Under the pieces are notes generated by a model. The model made no database searches, was not told the DNA's origin, and saw nothing but the letters and a program-made list of their open reading frames with translations. From Phycisphaerales bacterium (GTDB taxonomy: Bacteria > Planctomycetota > Phycisphaerae > Phycisphaerales > UBA1924): a stretch of DNA of 64,000 nucleotides. Positions 59,740 to 64,000 of the stretch are shown here, in pieces (within the stretch, counting starts at the first letter, position 1; each line of letters starts with the position of its first letter). The stretch lies in contig OZ245777.1 of the NCBI GenBank assembly GCA_965227775.1, positions 2,144,001 to 2,208,000 on the forward strand, given 5' to 3'. A program made the position numbers and the translations under genes.

Positions 59740-60870
59740 TCAGGATCCCAGGCCACCTTGGGCCGCGATCCTCAGGCCGCGGGCTGCGATCTGGTGGTTG
59801 ACGCTCATGCGTTGGAGCTCCCATCCGTCGAGCGTTGCGTTGTTCAGGCCGCGGTCCTCGATCGCGTGTGCCAAGGCGATTGCGTCTGCGGCTGCTTTCG
59901 AGGCGCCAGCAGCCGTGTGCGGGCGGACGAGGAACGCGGAGTCGCCGAGCAGCAGCACACGATCATGAACCATCTTCGAAACGGCGAGGTCGAAGATGCA
60001 CTGTGCGAATGGTTCTGACGTTGCGGCTACGGCGCCGGCAAGTTGTGGAGGCAGGTCTTTCTCTGCCTTCTTGCGAAGCCAGCTGACCCACCGATGCGTC
60101 ATGTCGCCAGGCCCGATCGAAGCCCGATGCTGGCGTCCACGCCGATCGATGAGCAATGAGGACAGGTCGGACGCTGGCACGCCGACGTACCACACCCAAT
60201 TGAAGCGGCGATGCCCCTCGTCGAGTTCGCCCCGCTCTCCCGGAATCAAGTAGGACAAGATGTGGGAGTGCGGATAGTCAAAGAGCGTGAATGAGTCTCG
60301 AAGCTGGTCGAGCTGATCCGCAGACAGATCGGACTCCGGGACGAGCCCTCGAAACCCAACGTAGCCGGCGTACCACGGATGAGTATCCGGGTCGACGATG
60401 CCCCTGACCGTCGAACCGATCCCATCCGCTCCGACGACCAGATCGAAGCTCTCCTCGACTCCATCCTCGAACGCTGCGATCACCGCAGTGTCTGTCTGTC
60501 GGAGCGATGCCAACCGATGACCACTGTGCAGCCGCGCGGGATCCATGCTCTGGCGAAGCGCTCGGAGCACGGTATCCCAGCCGGTGTAGAACACGCCATC
60601 TCGTGCAGTCGCCTTGGTCGTTCCGTCCCGATTCAAGAACTGGCGCTTCTTGGTGGCGACCGCGACCGCCTCCGGTCTCGCGTATCCGAAGGCCTCCAGA
60701 TACTCGGCGAAGTCCGGTTGTACGACGATGCCGCCGCCGATACGGTCGTGCTGATCGCTTTGCTCGTACACGTGCACGTCCGCACCGATGCAACGCATCG
60801 CTAAGCCGGTGCACAGCCCGCCGTACGAACCGCCGATCACGGCCACTCGAAGACTGTCAGGCTTATCCAT
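59740..60870 (-). CDS. FAD-dependent monooxygenase (2,6-dihydroxypyridine hydroxylase-like)
   Basis: GGSYGG, GADGIGS, YAGYVGFRG, FNWVWY, GDSAFLVRPHTAAGASKA. Confidence 0.88.
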   Translation of the reverse strand: MDKPDSLRVAVIGGSYGGLCTGLAMRCIGADVHVYEQSDQHDRIGGGIVVQPDFAEYLEAFGYARPEAVAVATKKRQFLNRDGTTKATARDGVFYTGWDTVLRALRQSMDPARLHSGHRLASLRQTDTAVIAAFEDGVEESFDLVVGADGIGSTVRGIVDPDTHPWYAGYVGFRGLVPESDLSADQLDQLRDSFTLFDYPHSHILSYLIPGERGELDEGHRRFNWVWYVGVPASDLSSLLIDRRGRQHRASIGPGDMTHRWVSWLRKKAEKDLPPQLAGAVAATSEPFAQCIFDLAVSKMVHDRVLLLGDSAFLVRPHTAAGASKAAADAIALAHAIEDRGLNNATLDGWELQRMSVNHQIAARGLRIAAQGGLGS

Positions 60871-60954
60871 GCGCTCCTCTTTAAAACTCTCGGCTTTCAG
60901 ATGCTCTTGGCTTAAACCGATGCGGCTGCAAAGAGGAACGATAGGTTGGTTCGG

Positions 60955-61662
60955 TCACTGGTCTTGCCAGCACAGCTTCTGCCAGACTGGTTCGAACACG
61001 ACATCCACACCTGAATCCGCGGGTTGACGCTGCGCGGTCCATCGGACCTCGGGCAGCGTGTACTGCTTCGGATCATCTAACGGCAGAAACGGTAGCTGGC
61101 AGGACAGCAGCGTCATGCCATGCTCCTCGGTGCTGAACGTGTGCACGACGCCGCGAGTGAAGGCAAACACGTCGCGCTCGCGAGCGGGTATGGTGCGGAC
61201 CGAACCACCCGTGAAGTCCTCGAGGGGCTCGTCGGAGACGTGGAAGTACCCTCGGCCTCCGAGCACGACGATGAACCGGTCTGAGTGCTCGTGGGTGTGC
61301 ATGGGCAGGTCCCGTGCACCAGGCTTCCAGTGCAGCTTGGCGAGGGCGTCGGTACGTGGTGGATGGATCAGATCGTCGCCGCGCCAGACGCCGCCACCCA
61401 CGTGGTCGCTGCCCTCGAACGGGAATCGGACCTCGACCGGATGATCGGCCTCCAGCCGGGCGATCAAGCTGGAGAACGAGACGCCACGCCCTGTGCCACG
61501 GACGCGGCCGAGGGCGGCGCAAGGGCTGGCTGAGCGTGACTGCAGGTTCTCCATGACTATGCCTGCGGCGTCCAGCAGGTCCTTGAGGACGATCGAACCT
61601 GAGGGCGGTTGGGGGCGGCTGGGCGAGACGGCAATGGGATCGAGTTCGAATACGGTGGACAT
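60955..61662 (-). CDS. Cupin-domain protein
   Basis: PMHTHEHSDRFIVVLGGRG and FTRGVVHTF cupin motifs; AGGAGG RBS. Confidence 0.85.
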   Translation of the reverse strand: MSTVFELDPIAVSPSRPQPPSGSIVLKDLLDAAGIVMENLQSRSASPCAALGRVRGTGRGVSFSSLIARLEADHPVEVRFPFEGSDHVGGGVWRGDDLIHPPRTDALAKLHWKPGARDLPMHTHEHSDRFIVVLGGRGYFHVSDEPLEDFTGGSVRTIPARERDVFAFTRGVVHTFSTEEHGMTLLSCQLPFLPLDDPKQYTLPEVRWTAQRQPADSGVDVVFEPVWQKLCWQDQ

Positions 61663-61693
61663 GGCTCCTCCTAGATGTCACGAATAGTATGGT

Positions 61694-61719
61694 AACGATC
61701 AGTCGGTAGACTTCTAGTC
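61694..61719 (+). promoter_or_regulatory. C-box-like operator
   Basis: AACG-ATC-AGTC-GGTA-GACT-TCT-AGTC compared with consensus GACT-N3-AGTC-N4-GACT-N3-AGTC. Confidence 0.65.
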
Positions 61720-61742
61720 ACCTTTGTCCCACGCTGTTCGCC

Positions 61743-61982
61743 GTGGCCAAGGGCGGGTTTGTCATTGCGTTCGGGAAGATGGTGCGCGAGCGGCGTGAAG
61801 CGCTAGAGCTCTCCCAGGAGGAATTGGCGAGCCGCGCCGGGCTACACCGAACCGCGATCACCATGATCGAGCGTGCCAAGCGGTCTTCGACGCTCGAGAC
61901 CATCGAGAAGCTTGCCCAGGCCCTCCAGGTCCAGCCGTCCGAGCTGATACCGGAGATCGAGCTGCGACGCCGTCGTCGCTAG
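61743..61982 (+). CDS. XRE regulator resembling restriction-modification controller (C) proteins
   Basis: FGKMVRERREALELSQEELASRAGLHRTAITMIERAKRSSTLETIEKLAQAL. Confidence 0.85.
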   Translation: MAKGGFVIAFGKMVRERREALELSQEELASRAGLHRTAITMIERAKRSSTLETIEKLAQALQVQPSELIPEIELRRRRR

Positions 61983-62021
61983 CTCTTTACGAGCCCGCCC
62001 GGGTGTGATACACCGGAGCGG

Positions 62022-62612
62022 ATGGCAGCCCGATCCAATCTCGACAAGCGCGACCGTACCGATGTCCTCTTGGAGGAGTACCGGGCCCTCTACACGCTCG
62101 CCCAGTTCCGCATGGCCGCCCTGGACCGCCGGGTGCCGGTGGCCGGCACCGCGCTGGCTATGTCACTCGGTGGCGCGTTCGTCGCACCGATGGCTGTTCA
62201 GGCTACTGTGCTGATCGTCCTGCCGATCGCCGTGCTCTGGCTGGTCCGCACCACGATCAACCATGCCCGGTCGTTCGAGGACGCCTTACGGCGAATCGAA
62301 CAGATCGAGCGGCACGTGAACCAGATCGCAGGCGAGACTCTGCTCGCCTTCCAGTCGTCGCATCCGAGCCGAGGTGAAACGGTGGGGGGGCGAACCGGAC
62401 GAGAGTCCGTGCTCGCCGTCGCACTGGCCGCGACGGGTTCACTGGTCGCATGCATTGCCTTGGCGGTACTGCTCCGGCACGATGTCGTTGTCGTGCAACT
62501 CCTCTACCTGCTGGTACCGGTTGGCGTGTCGGGCCTCATTGCCCGCGAGCTGCATCGTCTTGAGCGTTACCGCTACCGGGCACGCCATGCTAATCCCGGA
62601 GAGACCGGTTAG
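62022..62612 (+). CDS. 4-TM membrane protein
   Basis: LLEEYRALY helix, TM hairpin, IEQIE coil, second TM hairpin. Confidence 0.75.
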   Translation: MAARSNLDKRDRTDVLLEEYRALYTLAQFRMAALDRRVPVAGTALAMSLGGAFVAPMAVQATVLIVLPIAVLWLVRTTINHARSFEDALRRIEQIERHVNQIAGETLLAFQSSHPSRGETVGGRTGRESVLAVALAATGSLVACIALAVLLRHDVVVVQLLYLLVPVGVSGLIARELHRLERYRYRARHANPGETG

Positions 62613-63739
62613 CGACTCCCCCGATCCTCCGCCATCCGGATCATTGCTGCCTCGCTCTCGGCGTCGTGCAGGTGGTAGTAGAGGTCGAGGACGCTGCTGG
62701 AGCTGTGGCCCATCCAGGCCAGTGCCAGGCGGTAGGGGATCGCAGAATTCGCGCACATGCTGGCGAAGTGGTGGCGGAGCGAGTGGGTCTTGTAGTTGCG
62801 CCCGAATCCGAGCTCGCCGCACAGCCGCTTGATCTGGGCGAGGAGCGTCCGGGCCCTGAGCTCCGGCAGCACGAGGTCATCGACCCTCGGCAGTTCGTCG
62901 AGCACTCCCCGGATCTGCGGATGCACAGGGACGAACCGCGCCTCGCGGTCCTTCGTCACTCCAGCCGAGCCACCACGATGTACGTGGATCATGCCGAGCT
63001 CGCCCATGTCCAGGTGCACGTCGGCCCATTGCAGCTGCTCGAGCTCGCCGACGCGCAGCCCGGTGTAGGCCAGGATCGCGATGGCGGCACACGGTAGGCC
63101 TTCCGCCCGCTCCAGCATCGTCTCGACCTGTTGGGTTGTAAAGCACGGCTGCGACCTCGGCTTGGCGGTGGGTAGTCGGGTGCTGGCCAGAGATGTCGTC
63201 GGGGCGAGGCGTTGTCGCCAGGCCCACTTGAACATCTGCTTGCAGACCGTCAGCGTCGTGTAGTTGGACTTGGGCGCGTAGCCCGTGCCCTGCTTGTGGA
63301 CCTGCTCGCGGAGCCACGCCCCGAAGCGGGCGTAGGCCGCCTCGTCGAAGCGGTCGGCACGAGTAAGGCCAGTCTCCTTGCAGAACCGCCGCAGCTTGTC
63401 GAGGTCGGCGGCGTACTTGGCGAGCGTCTTGGGTGCCAGGTCGCGATCTCGGTTGAAGGCCTCGTAACGGTCGATGAGCTGATCGATGGTCGCACGGGCT
63501 GGCGGTGTCCGCTGCTCTCCGGCGTCCAGACGCTGCTGGATCTCGATAGCCCGGCGCCGGGCCTCGCGCTTGTTGGGCGTGCCCAGGCCCTGGAAGCGGC
63601 GCCTGCCCGCCTCGACGTACTCGGCCGAGTAGGACTGCGAGACGCGCTGCTCTCGTCCCAGCTCGGTCTTGCGGTACTGGACCTTGCGGCCGATGGTCAC
63701 GGTAGTACCATCGACCACCTCGCGATCGACGAACTTCAT
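62609..63739 (-). CDS. Tyrosine recombinase / integrase
   Basis: TGLRVGE, TKD, HSLRH, MGH, LYYH. Confidence 0.93.
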   Translation of the reverse strand: MKFVDREVVDGTTVTIGRKVQYRKTELGREQRVSQSYSAEYVEAGRRRFQGLGTPNKREARRRAIEIQQRLDAGEQRTPPARATIDQLIDRYEAFNRDRDLAPKTLAKYAADLDKLRRFCKETGLTRADRFDEAAYARFGAWLREQVHKQGTGYAPKSNYTTLTVCKQMFKWAWRQRLAPTTSLASTRLPTAKPRSQPCFTTQQVETMLERAEGLPCAAIAILAYTGLRVGELEQLQWADVHLDMGELGMIHVHRGGSAGVTKDREARFVPVHPQIRGVLDELPRVDDLVLPELRARTLLAQIKRLCGELGFGRNYKTHSLRHHFASMCANSAIPYRLALAWMGHSSSSVLDLYYHLHDAESEAAMIRMAEDRGSR

Positions 63740-63836
63740 GGCGTGTCCGTTGTGGGTGGTTTGAGCGTGTGTTCAAGGATGACCGAGCGTGCCATCGATG
63801 AAGCGGGCCGTGAAGGCAGCGTCGCCAGTGGAACGA

Positions 63837-64000
63837 TCAGCCTCGGAAGTACTCGCGGATGAGCCTGTCCCGCCAGAACCGCAGCGGCTTGCCGCGCCTG
63901 ACCGAGCCTTTCAGATCGCCGCGGCTGACCATGTGGTACACGGTGGACTTGCTGATGCGTAGCAGCCTGGCGGCCTCGTCGGGCGTCAGGATCGGCGGGA
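63837..64000 (-). CDS. Excisionase-like HTH protein, 5' end outside the window
   Basis: Manual translation PPILTPDEAARLLRISKSTVYHMVSRG...RFWRDRLIREYFRG-stop. Confidence 0.8.
   Translation of the reverse strand, partial: PPILTPDEAARLLRISKSTVYHMVSRGDLKGSVRRGKPLRFWRDRLIREYFRG

Overview
GC-rich accessory region, probably from a Phycisphaerales (Planctomycetota) genome. This is inferred from three proteins ending in the C-x-x-D-x-D-x-D-G-x-L-T-x-x-D-F...G-C dockerin-like tail. Left to right: a partial lipoprotein and a membrane/IPT protein; an IS3-family element; a CpcT/CpeT-like lipoprotein; an ArsR-linked redox operon (peroxiredoxin-like protein, two AhpD paralogues, hydrolase, SDR); an SH3-EEP nuclease; a compact type II secretion operon (D-E-F-G-H-I-J-K-C-L-M-TPR) divergent from a 2,277-aa signal-peptide Rhs protein with a phospholipase A2-like tip and a likely immunity gene; an ArdC-containing early-gene cluster where three genes follow long stem-loop elements; a MOBF relaxase; AT-richer cargo; a Shango-like defence operon; a 5' half of tRNA-Thr(GGT) next to an integrase/excisionase/XRE/Cro module; and a second integrase with a cupin / C-protein / membrane-protein module. 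The best candidates for undescribed systems are (1) a mobile T2SS-Rhs-PLA2 toxin unit, (2) the repeated pseudoknot-capable leaders, and (3) a C-box-controlled cupin plus membrane-effector module. All family calls come from motif recognition by eye; no database search was run.
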